Source: Roseiflexus sp.
GTDB lineage: Bacteria; Chloroflexota; Chloroflexia; Chloroflexales; Roseiflexaceae
DNA: 45,226 nucleotides
Assembly (NCBI GenBank): GCA_041641515.1
Contig: JBEPYG010000002.1
Span: forward strand, 1 to 45,226
Direction: 5' to 3'
Positions within the stretch are counted from its first letter, which is position 1, and each line of letters opens with the position of its first letter. Shown piece after piece: positions 18,097 to 27,116 of this stretch. The notes under the pieces are model-generated. The model made no database searches. It was not told the DNA's origin and saw only the letters and a list, made by a program, of their open reading frames with translations. Position numbers and translations under genes: made by a program.

Positions 18097-19833
18097 TCAT
18101 GGCATTCTAGCTGCCTGGATCAGGGCGTTTCGCCGCGCAAGGTCGATACGCGCATCGGTGCGCAGTTCGATGAGCGTTGCGGCGCGCGTGTCGATACTGG
18201 CGCGGAAGGTGCTGCGGAACGCCTCACGATCCCTGACCTGCACATATTCCAGACCGTACATCTTCGCCGCGGGCGCAAAATCGAGTCCGTGCGGCGTCAC
18301 GAAATAATCGGTAAACTCTGGATCGAACCGATTGATCGGCAGACGATGGAAGATGCCGCCACCGTCATTGTTGAGCAACACGATCGTTGCCGGAACACCG
18401 CAACGCCGTACTGCCAGCAGACCGTTCATATCGTGATAGAACGTGATGTCGCCGACAATCGCCGTCAGCGGTGCGTCTGGTCGTCCGGCGCCAATGCCGA
18501 GCGCGGTCGAGATATTCCCGTCGATCCCGGATGCGCCGCGGTTCGCAAAGGCATGGATGCGCCTCACCCCCGGCTTCCCGAACTGGTCGAGATGGCGCAC
18601 GGGCAGACTGTTGCCCACAAAGAGCGATGCGCCATCCGGCAACAGGTCGATCACGTCATACACGGCGCCGCCGTCGAAGTATGGCTCACCCGCGACTCCG
18701 GATTCGACAGCTGCCCATACCCGCGTCTCCGCTTCGACAAAACGCTGCATCCAGGCACTCTGGCGTTCAGTCAGGCGCGGCAGCAGCGCGTGAATAAAGG
18801 CGATCTCATCAGCCGCTACGAAATGGCTCACTCGATGACTGTCATCTGCCCAGACGCCACTGGCGCGCACATGAATGACCACCGGCGGCGCTGCTGCATC
18901 GAGGTACTGGTTGAGCCACTTCGAGGTCGGAACCGCACCGAACCGCAGCACGACCTCCGGCGGTGGGAAGCCGTGTTCACCAGAGAGGAATGCTTCATAC
19001 CCGCCGATGACGCCAGGATAGCCGAAGCGCACGCCGGACACGCCATCAACGAGTGCCGGGTAGCCGGTGCGGCGCGACAGCTCGCTCACCATCTCACCGA
19101 ATGCACCGCCCGGGCAGCGCGGACCGCAGACGATCAATCCGCGTTCGTGTCGCTCGAAGATAGAAGCGATCTGCTCAATGATCGCTTCTGGTGGCGTGGA
19201 CGGCGCCGCCTTCACGATGCGCGTGTACGGCGCGCCGTCGTCACGCGGCTGCGCTGCTGTCGGCGGCTCAGTCATATCGCCCGCGACCGGCGTCGGCTCC
19301 AGTGGCGGACGAAATGGCAGGTTCAGATGCACCACGCCGCGCGGCTCCCCGCCGGCGATCGCCATCGCGCGCGCAGCCAGCGTCCGCAGATAACGCACCA
19401 CAACCGGCGGCGGCGTCGCCTCTGGCAGCGACACATCGACGCTCCAGCGTGCAAAACTGCCGAACATCTTCACCTGGTCGATGGTCTGATTTGCGCCGCT
19501 ATCACGTAATTCGTGCGGACGATCAGCCGTCAGCGCCAGAAGCGGCACTTCCGCCTGGTGCGCCTCGACGATCGCCGGAAAGAAGTTCGCCGCTGCCGAA
19601 CCGGAGGTGCAGACCACCGCGGTCGGCGTATCGGTCGCCAGCGCCAGACCAAGCGCGAAGAATGCCGCACTGCGCTCGTCCAGATGCGAAGAGACCCGAA
19701 TGGCAGGATGCCGGGCAAATGCCAGCACGAGCGGCGTGTTGCGCGACCCGGGCGCCAGGCAGACGTGCCGCAACCCTGCACGGGCAAGTTCATCGACCAG
19801 TGTTGTTGCGTAGAGAACGTTGCGGTTGGGCAT
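18097..19833 (-). CDS. menD: SEPHCHC synthase
   Basis: APGSRNTPL, DERSAAFFALG, CTSGSA, NRGASGIDG, GDITFYHDMNGL, NNDGGGIF; TAATG overlap with menF. Confidence 0.95.
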   Translation of the reverse strand: MPNRNVLYATTLVDELARAGLRHVCLAPGSRNTPLVLAFARHPAIRVSSHLDERSAAFFALGLALATDTPTAVVCTSGSAAANFFPAIVEAHQAEVPLLALTADRPHELRDSGANQTIDQVKMFGSFARWSVDVSLPEATPPPVVVRYLRTLAARAMAIAGGEPRGVVHLNLPFRPPLEPTPVAGDMTEPPTAAQPRDDGAPYTRIVKAAPSTPPEAIIEQIASIFERHERGLIVCGPRCPGGAFGEMVSELSRRTGYPALVDGVSGVRFGYPGVIGGYEAFLSGEHGFPPPEVVLRFGAVPTSKWLNQYLDAAAPPVVIHVRASGVWADDSHRVSHFVAADEIAFIHALLPRLTERQSAWMQRFVEAETRVWAAVESGVAGEPYFDGGAVYDVIDLLPDGASLFVGNSLPVRHLDQFGKPGVRRIHAFANRGASGIDGNISTALGIGAGRPDAPLTAIVGDITFYHDMNGLLAVRRCGVPATIVLLNNDGGGIFHRLPINRFDPEFTDYFVTPHGLDFAPAAKMYGLEYVQVRDREAFRSTFRASIDTRAATLIELRTDARIDLARRNALIQAARMP

Positions 19834-21182
19834 TAATTCCCGCCTCCTAGCCCCTCGAGCATTGGGCGAAACTTGAGGTTCGTTTCGTCCCACTCGCGCA
19901 GTGGATCACTCTCAGCGACAATCCCCGCACCAGCGTACAACCAGGCGCGTGTGCTCTGCACCACCGCCGAGCGAATGGCAACTCCGAATTGCCCATCCAG
20001 ACGCCGATCGATCCAACCGACGGGTGCGGCATACCAGCCGCGCGGCGCCGGTTCCAGTTCGGCGATCAGGCGCATTGCCGCTTCACGCGGTTCGCCGCCG
20101 AGCGCAGGTGTTGGGTGGAGCGTTGCGACGACCGGCAAAATGCCGCGCGGCTCGCGCAGCGTACCACTGATCGGCGTGTGCAGGTGCTGGATATTGCTCA
20201 GCGCCATGACACCGGTTGTCCCTACATGCAGGCGAATCGTCAGTGGCGCCAGGCGATTGCACACCTCGTCAACCACGATCTGATGCTCGTGGCGATCCTT
20301 CGCGCTATCGAGCAACGCCATCGCGAGCTGTTCATCTTCGTCGGGCGTTACGCCACGTCGGATGCTGCCTGCCAGCGCCATCGTGTCCACCTTGTCGTCA
20401 CTCACCTGCGCCAGCAATTCAGGCGTTGCGCCAAAGAACGCGCGCCCCGGACGCGGCTCAAAAAGAAAGCGGTAGGTATCGGGGTAGCGCTGCTCCAGAT
20501 ATGCCAGCGCATGATCGATGTCTACCGGCTGATCGAACGCTGCCTCGGCGAGTCGCGCCAGGACGACCTTTTTCAGCTCGCCAGCATTGATCTGCCGGAC
20601 GATCCGCTCCACACTGCGCGCCCACTGTTCGAATGGCATGGGATATGCGAGGCGCGCCGGTGAACGATCTGGCAACGGCGGCGGCGCGCTCTGGAGAAGA
20701 TCGACCTGCGCCAGCAACGCCTCGCGCAGGTCGGACGCCAGCGCGTATGGGTCTTCGCCTAGTGGCGCGTGGACATTCAGTGTCAACCAGAACGCGTCGC
20801 GGACACGCACCAGCTGATAGTGCGGCAGCACAAAATGTGCCGGTGGGAAGTCTGCCCACGCCAGATCGGGCACGAAATCGTCGTGGAACGCAAAGCCGCC
20901 GAAGAGACGCGGCGCCGCCAGCGGCTCGCGCTCATCGAGCATAACCGCGTTCTCGAATAATGCACGCGCCTGCTGCTCGATCTCGACGAAGCGACCGGCG
21001 CCCCACGCCATCAACTCGACGGCGATCCCCATCCCGGCGAATGCCACCCCGTCGCGTGCGCTCTCCCAGAACGAGCGCGGCTGCCCGCGCGCGTGACGCA
21101 ACAGGTCGGCAGGGGACACGCCAGGACAGGGCATACTCAGACTGATCAGACGACCATAGTGCTGCTGGAAGGATGTGTTCAT
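19833..21182 (-). CDS. menF: Isochorismate synthase
   Basis: KKVVLAR, GATPELL, ALAGS, KDRHEH, LHPTPALGG, YAGAGIV; start moved to MNTSF because the upstream extension is repeat-derived. Confidence 0.9.
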   Translation of the reverse strand: MNTSFQQHYGRLISLSMPCPGVSPADLLRHARGQPRSFWESARDGVAFAGMGIAVELMAWGAGRFVEIEQQARALFENAVMLDEREPLAAPRLFGGFAFHDDFVPDLAWADFPPAHFVLPHYQLVRVRDAFWLTLNVHAPLGEDPYALASDLREALLAQVDLLQSAPPPLPDRSPARLAYPMPFEQWARSVERIVRQINAGELKKVVLARLAEAAFDQPVDIDHALAYLEQRYPDTYRFLFEPRPGRAFFGATPELLAQVSDDKVDTMALAGSIRRGVTPDEDEQLAMALLDSAKDRHEHQIVVDEVCNRLAPLTIRLHVGTTGVMALSNIQHLHTPISGTLREPRGILPVVATLHPTPALGGEPREAAMRLIAELEPAPRGWYAAPVGWIDRRLDGQFGVAIRSAVVQSTRAWLYAGAGIVAESDPLREWDETNLKFRPMLEGLGGGN

Positions 21183-21290
21183 AGAACCAGAAATCGAAAA
21201 TAGGAAATAAGAAACTGAGAACCGAGAACTAAAAATCAGAACCCTTGAACCAGGCGCCAAAAATCAAAAATCGAACATCAAAAATCCACA
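21181..21290. repeat. A-rich degenerate heptamer tract
   Basis: AGAAATC GAAAATA GGAAATA AGAAACT GAGAACC GAGAACT AAAAATC ... AAAAATC GAACATC. Confidence 0.75.
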
Positions 21291-21916
21291 AACCGGTCAT
21301 TCTGATCCCCGCCGACAGGATAATCGACACTCCGCAGCAACAACGGCACCAGAGTTGGCGGAATTCGCTCCGCTGGCGGGTCGCCGGTCATCACCCAGCG
21401 GATGATCAGGTTGTAGATCGCTCCCATCCAGGCATGCGCCACAACCGTGGTATCGATCGGCTGAATTTCACCAACGGCGATTGCTTCGTCGAGGTGGCGC
21501 TTAATCAGCGCGGCGAAGCGGTCGGTCACCTCCAGCCGTTTCTTCTCAAAAGTCGCCCCCAGTCCAACAGCCTGCACCAGCAAGATTTTTGCAGGACGGC
21601 GATATTTGCCAAAGGTTTCGATGACCGCCATAATCGCTGCGCGCACCCGGTCGATTCCGGCGCGCGGCTGGCGCTCGATAGCTTCAGTGGCGCGCCGCTC
21701 GATCAGATCGGCAAACTGATCGACCAGCGCCAGAAAAAGGCGCTCTTTGTTCGGAAAGTAGAAGTAGATCGACCCCTTCGAAATATGCGCCGCTTCGACA
21801 ATGTCGTCCAGGCGCGCATCGTGGTACCCCTTCGACGAGAAGATATCCAGCGCCGCTTCGAGAATACGCTCGCGGGTGCTCTTCTGTTCGGAACGTTTGT
21901 CGGTTGGATGAATCAT
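21278..21916 (-). CDS. TetR/AcrR-family regulator heading the men operon
   Basis: RERILEAALDIFSSKGY..DDIVEAAHISKGSIYFYFPNKERL. Confidence 0.92.
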   Translation of the reverse strand: MIHPTDKRSEQKSTRERILEAALDIFSSKGYHDARLDDIVEAAHISKGSIYFYFPNKERLFLALVDQFADLIERRATEAIERQPRAGIDRVRAAIMAVIETFGKYRRPAKILLVQAVGLGATFEKKRLEVTDRFAALIKRHLDEAIAVGEIQPIDTTVVAHAWMGAIYNLIIRWVMTGDPPAERIPPTLVPLLLRSVDYPVGGDQNDRFVDF

Positions 21917-21930
21917 GCATTTGCCTGTCG

Positions 21931-21962
21931 ACTGACTGGTCAGTACTGTTCACAGTATACCA
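21931..21962 (-). promoter_or_regulatory. Extended -10 (TGGTATACT) followed by palindrome ACTGAC-N2-GTCAGT
   Basis: -10 region 21962-21954; palindrome 21931-21944 between promoter and tetR start. Confidence 0.65.
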
Positions 21963-22183
21963 TGAAACAAGGCTTCCTCATGATCGCGCCGCGTTCATAC
22001 ATATGTACGATCCAACCTGCTGCGTAGCTTTCTATTCTTTCGTGGTAGAATCGTGATCGATATCCGGCCCTGCGCTCGCTGTCCGCATGCACAATGCGGA
22101 AGAACAATGCCTCGCCGCCTCGCGAGCGTGTGATCATGCGTCCCTGCCTGCTATCTGTCCCCATCGCACCATACGGGAGAAAA

Positions 22184-23308
22184 ATGATGAACCGTTTCAT
22201 ACCGATCCTCTTCCTTATCCTGAGCGCCATCCTGATCCCACAGAGCACAGCTGCTGCCAGCCGCGAGCAATGCTTCCGCGAAACCGGCTACTGTATTTCT
22301 GGACCAATCCTGACCTACTGGACACGAAATGGTGGTCTGAGCACATTTGGCTTTCCGATCAGCGCGCAGCGAACCGAGATGGCTGAGGATCGCATGCTGA
22401 CGGTGCAATGGTTCGAGCGCGATCGTCTGGAGATTCAGGCGGACGGACGGATCACTGCTGGCCGTCTTGGAGCGCGCTACCTGGAACTGCAGGGGCGTCC
22501 CTGGCAGTCATTCCCGACTGTTGCGCAGGCGGCGCCGGGATGTGCCTACTTCGCCATTACCGGTCATCAGGTATGTGAGCCATTTCTGAGTTACTGGCGC
22601 ACCCGCGGCGGTCTGGAGCGGTTCGGCTACCCGATCACGGAACGCTTCGATGAGGAGATCGAAGGGCGCGTCTATCCGGTGCAGTACTTCGAACGCCGGC
22701 GGATGGAGTACCACGCAGAACTTGCCGGCACGCCCTACGAGGTGCTTTTAGGTCGATTGGGCGCTGCGGTGATGGCAATCGACGATTGTGTGCCGCTCGT
22801 GATTGAGTACGAACCAACCGCTTACGCCTATCGCACGCTCCTCGGTTGCCCGCTTGCGACCTCACGCGAACTGGTTCTCGTAAGAGAAATCGGGTTGCGT
22901 GAGGTCCCGATTGCGGTTCAGCGTTTCGAGCGCGGTATGATGCTCTGGATGCGCCAGTTTGCCGGTGACGTCATGAGTCCAGGCGAAATCTTCGTCTTCG
23001 TTCTCGATCCTGTCGATCCGCAACGACTGATGTGGCAGCGCTTCGCCGATGAGTGGAGCGAAGGAGTTCCCACCGGCATTGCCGAACCGCCGCCTGCTGG
23101 ATTGTACGCGCCCGAACGCGGCTTTGGCTACCTGTGGGGACGCAATGCCGACGTGCGTGCCCGACTGGGGTGGGCCATCGAACCGGAACGTGGCGAAACT
23201 GGCGGCTACCGGCGCTTTCAGCGCGGTTTCCTGCTGTCTCACCCTTCGACTGGCAGGGTCTTCATTGTCAACGATGGCGGTGTAGCGTATTATGTGGCGC
23301 GCAGGTGA
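22184..23308 (+). CDS. Secreted protein with Chloroflexota-type FxETG repeats
   Basis: Signal peptide; two CFRETGYCI/YFAITGHQV..YW..GGL..FG(F/Y)PI..Q(W/Y)FER repeats. Confidence 0.8.
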   Translation: MMNRFIPILFLILSAILIPQSTAAASREQCFRETGYCISGPILTYWTRNGGLSTFGFPISAQRTEMAEDRMLTVQWFERDRLEIQADGRITAGRLGARYLELQGRPWQSFPTVAQAAPGCAYFAITGHQVCEPFLSYWRTRGGLERFGYPITERFDEEIEGRVYPVQYFERRRMEYHAELAGTPYEVLLGRLGAAVMAIDDCVPLVIEYEPTAYAYRTLLGCPLATSRELVLVREIGLREVPIAVQRFERGMMLWMRQFAGDVMSPGEIFVFVLDPVDPQRLMWQRFADEWSEGVPTGIAEPPPAGLYAPERGFGYLWGRNADVRARLGWAIEPERGETGGYRRFQRGFLLSHPSTGRVFIVNDGGVAYYVARR

Positions 23309-23503
23309 TTGCTCCCCACGTCTGTGCACTGTTCTTGGTTGAGAGGGTGAATCGCAGATTGTTGCGCCCTGCGTCCAGGCGTGCTGTGATGCACCGCTGC
23401 TTGCGAGACTTTCAAGATCGGGAGGCGGATATGCGCATCGCAGCGACCGTTTCGCTGGCGGGGGCAAAACACGATCCGCAGCGCAAGACCTCAAAGGTCG
23501 GGT

Positions 23504-23529
23504 ACGTTCCACGTTCGCACGTTTCACGT
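23504..23529. repeat. ACGTT(C/T)C heptamer repeat, similar units at 96-113 and 38726-38750
   Basis: ACGTTCC ACGTTCGC ACGTTTC ACGT. Confidence 0.45.
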
Positions 23530-23539
23530 ACCCGCGTTG

Positions 23540-23884
23540 CTACCGGTACGCCGCAAGGTCGCGCTCTTCGATAGGGGGCATATAGCGCGACATCTCGACC
23601 ATCTTGAAAACCTTCTGGTGATGCGGGGTTACGTTCATCGCGTACAGAGTATAACCGGATTTCTTCGCCGACACGACGAACTTGAGCAAAGCAGAGATGC
23701 CTGCCGAGTTGATAAATGACACATTTGCAAAATCAAGGACGGTGATCGGGCGCATCGCCGTTGCTGTAGCAACTGCCTCGATTGCGCTTGCCGACACAGC
23801 ATCAACACTATTTGTCATAATATGCAGCACCGCAACATCGCCGAACTCTTCTCGACGGATCACTTCGTTCATCTCATTCGTCAT
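23540..23884 (-). CDS. STAS anti-anti-sigma factor (RsbV/SpoIIAA-like)
   Basis: LDFANVSFINSAGISAL with phosphoacceptor Ser; GGAGGAG RBS. Confidence 0.88.
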   Translation of the reverse strand: MTNEMNEVIRREEFGDVAVLHIMTNSVDAVSASAIEAVATATAMRPITVLDFANVSFINSAGISALLKFVVSAKKSGYTLYAMNVTPHHQKVFKMVEMSRYMPPIEERDLAAYR

Positions 23885-24308
23885 GGTCCTGGCTCCTCCG
23901 ATAGAGACGTAGAGTCAATGTTGTGCCTGACTGTGACGAGTTCACTTCGCAGTCATCAACCAGAGCGCTGATCAGGTACATACCGAAGCCGCGATGCATA
24001 CCCGCATCGAGATTCTGATCCTCAACGACTTTTCGAGAAAAGTCGACTGTCTCGACGCCGCCGCCTTCGTCAGTCACATGGACCTCGAGTTTGTCACTGT
24101 GCAGCGCAAAGACAACCTCGACCAGTTTCCCGGGATGGCGCTTATTGCCGTGATCGATGGCATTGTTCACTGCCTCACTGACCGCCAGTTTCAGGTCTTC
24201 GACGCGTTCGGCGCTGAACCCGAGCGCCCGCCCGACTTCATCGGCGCTGGCGCGAACGACGCGCTCGAATATCGGCACGGACGGAATATTCACAAGGACT
24301 TGCTGCAT
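23874..24308 (-). CDS. Anti-sigma factor Ser kinase (RsbW/SpoIIAB-like)
   Basis: DLKLAVSEAVNNAIDHG, DEGGG, GFGMYLISALVD; GAGGAG RBS. Confidence 0.9.
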   Translation of the reverse strand: MQQVLVNIPSVPIFERVVRASADEVGRALGFSAERVEDLKLAVSEAVNNAIDHGNKRHPGKLVEVVFALHSDKLEVHVTDEGGGVETVDFSRKVVEDQNLDAGMHRGFGMYLISALVDDCEVNSSQSGTTLTLRLYRRSQDHDE

Positions 24309-24329
24309 GGACACGTCGCTCCTCAACGC

Positions 24330-25898
24330 TTACGATAGACCCACCATGCCGACGCTGCGCTGCCGCATGGCGCGACGCGGTGCAGAAGCGCTTGTCTGTT
24401 CCTGATTCGCCAGATAGTCATACCGTCTAAGATAAGCTTTGCCCAGCGACGTATTGCCAATCTGCAGGTACGAAGCGCCCAGGTAGTACAGCGCCTGCAC
24501 GTGACGCGGATTGCGTCGCAGCACTTTCTCGAACAGTGGAATGGCGCGCGCCGGTTCCATCAACTCTTTGTAGCACAACCCAAGCATAAAATTGGTTTCG
24601 ACGTCGTCGGGCCAGAACTGGAGCACGCGCGCAAACTCTTTCGCCGCCAGGTCGTAGCGGTTGCGTCGCACGTACATATAGCCGAGGTCGTAGCGCAGCG
24701 AATGGGCGTCCGGCGCAAGTTCCACTGCCTTGCGCCAGGCTGCCAGCGCCCACCCTTCGCGCCCCATCAGGTTGTACATGAACCCCAGCAAATAGTGCGC
24801 CTGCGGGTCGTTGGGGAGCAACTGCACGGCGCGCTCAAACGCCTTGATGGCGCCCGTGTGCTTGTTCATATCGTAGAGCAGCTTACCCATGTTCAGGAAC
24901 AACTGGCCGTTGTTGGGATGCAGTCTGGCGCATTCGAAGAGGGTATCATACGCCTCGCGCATTTTGTTTTGCAACTTGAGAATGGCGCTGATACGGATGC
25001 GCGCATCGACGTAATGCTTATCCTGGGGTGGAACCTGAGCGTACTCGTCGAGCGCCTCATCGAGCCGCCGCGCTCGCGCCAGCAGATTGCCGAGCAGGTA
25101 GCGCGCATAGTGTTCTTCCGGTCGCCACTGGAGCAATGCCCGATAGATCCGTTCCGCCTCCTCCTCGTATCCCTGCTGTTTCAAATCGTTGCTGAGCCGG
25201 TAGTACCACTGTGCAACTTCTTCTTCTGAGCGATTGACCAGCACTTCGTCCTGCAACTCCGGGGAGACGAACGTCGGTTCGACGCGCAGCGCCTCGGCGA
25301 AGCAGCGCTGTGCCAGTTCGTGCGCGCCGTGGCTCTGGTGCATCAGCCCCATGTAGTAGCGCGGCTCAGCTGCCTGCGGACGCGCTTGACATGCCTGGTC
25401 GTAGTGAATATACGCCCGTCCGGCGTCGTCGAGACGCTGATAGCAGCGCCCAAGGGAGAAGTGCGCTTCGTACAGGCGCGGGTTGTGCTCGATAGCTTCT
25501 TTGAAGGCGGCGATCGCCCGATCGAGCCGCCCCTGCGCGGCAAACGCCACGCCCAGGTTGTAGTGGGCCTCCGACAGTTGCGGATCGGTCTGTACGGCTT
25601 CTAGGTACTCGCGCAGCGCCCCTTCCCAATCTTCCTGGTATGCCAGCGCATTGCCGATGTAGAGATAGATGATTGCGCGTTCGCGATCGTAGATTTGAGC
25701 GCGTTCTTCACCTTCGATGTAAGCGGCGATCAACGCTGCCTTGAAGTGCTCGATCGCATTGGCATAGTCAGCGCGCAGGTAGGCGCGAATACCCTGACCA
25801 AACGCTGCCCCCAGGCGCGTCCCGGCCATGAATCGCTCGCTCCCGCTGAACGTGTCCAGATCGAGCGGCATGAAATTGAGCGGTTCTGTTGAACTCAT
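24330..25898 (-). CDS. Multi-TPR scaffold protein
   Basis: About a dozen TPR units (EAHYNLG, EAHFSLG, QAHYLLG, QALYYLG); no catalytic domain seen. Confidence 0.88.
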   Translation of the reverse strand: MSSTEPLNFMPLDLDTFSGSERFMAGTRLGAAFGQGIRAYLRADYANAIEHFKAALIAAYIEGEERAQIYDRERAIIYLYIGNALAYQEDWEGALREYLEAVQTDPQLSEAHYNLGVAFAAQGRLDRAIAAFKEAIEHNPRLYEAHFSLGRCYQRLDDAGRAYIHYDQACQARPQAAEPRYYMGLMHQSHGAHELAQRCFAEALRVEPTFVSPELQDEVLVNRSEEEVAQWYYRLSNDLKQQGYEEEAERIYRALLQWRPEEHYARYLLGNLLARARRLDEALDEYAQVPPQDKHYVDARIRISAILKLQNKMREAYDTLFECARLHPNNGQLFLNMGKLLYDMNKHTGAIKAFERAVQLLPNDPQAHYLLGFMYNLMGREGWALAAWRKAVELAPDAHSLRYDLGYMYVRRNRYDLAAKEFARVLQFWPDDVETNFMLGLCYKELMEPARAIPLFEKVLRRNPRHVQALYYLGASYLQIGNTSLGKAYLRRYDYLANQEQTSASAPRRAMRQRSVGMVGLS

Positions 25899-26021
25899 CG
25901 TCTACCTGTGCCCTTCACCGGTTGGCGTTCATGCGTCGTTTCTGGTTGACGCCTTCTCTTATTCTACTACGAACCTCTGCGCTGTTGAAGGCGACTCGAT
26001 TGCAGTTTAGTAGCGCCTTGG

Positions 26022-27113
26022 TCACATTTTTTCATGATCTCTGTATTCTTCGAGCGCCAAACGGATCTGTGCGTTCAACTCACGCGCCAGACCGCGCCCC
26101 AGGTGACTCTGCGCAGCTTTGATTATCTCCGGCAGCGCTTCCGTCCACGCAGCTACGTTTGCATCACCCGGATGCGGCAACGTCCGCCATGCCTCCTCGC
26201 CGCGTTCGTCGCCCAACACATCCCGCATAATACTGCGCAGTTCATCCGCCAGGCGTTTAAAGCGTCGTCGTACCGCCACCACGGTGATGTCGTCGTCCTG
26301 TCCGGCATCGCTCCAGGTGCGCAGTTCGTGCAACAGACGCGCAACCAGCGCACGCGGTTTCAGTGCGGCGCCTTCGATCAACAGGCGCTCGAGCCGTTCA
26401 TACCCGAAATACTCGCCATCGCGGTTCGTCGCTTCGACAACGCCATCGGTGTACATAATCACGGTGCTGCCCGGCTCGATTTCAGTGCAGATCTCCTCAT
26501 AGTCGGCATCACCATCCACGCCAAGCGGCAACCCCGACAGTTCCAGTTCACTCACGCGTCCATTCAGCAGCAATGGATAATGGTGTCCGGCGTTGGCAAT
26601 CTGCACGATGCCGTGACGTAGATCGAGCGTGGCGTAGAGCATGGTGATCATGCCTTGCGGAATATCGGCGATGATGCCGCGGTTGACATCAGCCAGCGTG
26701 CGGCCCGGCATGGCGCCGCGTCGCGCGGCGTAGCGAAAGACGGTGCGTGCAACGGCCATGCGTAACGCCGCCGGCAACCCCTTGCCGGACACATCACCGA
26801 TCATGATGCCGTGATGACCATCACCAAGCGGCAGAAAATCGTACAGATCGCCGCCCAGATCGCGCGCCGGCAGCGAAATGGCGTGGATCTCCCAGCCAGG
26901 CAGACGCGGCACCGCTTCGAGCAGCAGACCCTGCTGAATATCGCGCGCCAGAAGCAGTTCGTGTTCGATTTCGGCCTGACGCCGCGCTTCTTCGAGGCTG
27001 ATCTGCGGTTGCGGCGGCGGTGCAGCGCGTCTGGCGCATCGTGGACGCTTCGCTGCCGTGTGGCTGAGCAGTGTGAAATGGTGCTCCGATCGTTTGTGGC
27101 GTTTTCGCATCAT
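26022..27113 (-). CDS. SpoIIE/RsbU-type PP2C phosphatase lacking a sensor domain
   Basis: ARDIQ, GGDLYDF, IGDVSGKG, ANAGH, YTDGVVEA, DDIT. Confidence 0.92.
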   Translation of the reverse strand: MMRKRHKRSEHHFTLLSHTAAKRPRCARRAAPPPQPQISLEEARRQAEIEHELLLARDIQQGLLLEAVPRLPGWEIHAISLPARDLGGDLYDFLPLGDGHHGIMIGDVSGKGLPAALRMAVARTVFRYAARRGAMPGRTLADVNRGIIADIPQGMITMLYATLDLRHGIVQIANAGHHYPLLLNGRVSELELSGLPLGVDGDADYEEICTEIEPGSTVIMYTDGVVEATNRDGEYFGYERLERLLIEGAALKPRALVARLLHELRTWSDAGQDDDITVVAVRRRFKRLADELRSIMRDVLGDERGEEAWRTLPHPGDANVAAWTEALPEIIKAAQSHLGRGLARELNAQIRLALEEYRDHEKM

Positions 27114-27116
27114 GGG

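Noticed and set aside
18004-19509. Long antisense ORFs (also 1082-2095, 4417-5604, 28290-29339, 35603-36643, 40728-41939)
   Set aside because: Shadow frames of real genes in GC-rich DNA; no motifs.
21183-21260. Hydrophobic N-terminal extensions on MenF (and on CheW' at 34771-34812)
   Set aside because: Translation of heptamer repeats, not signal peptides.
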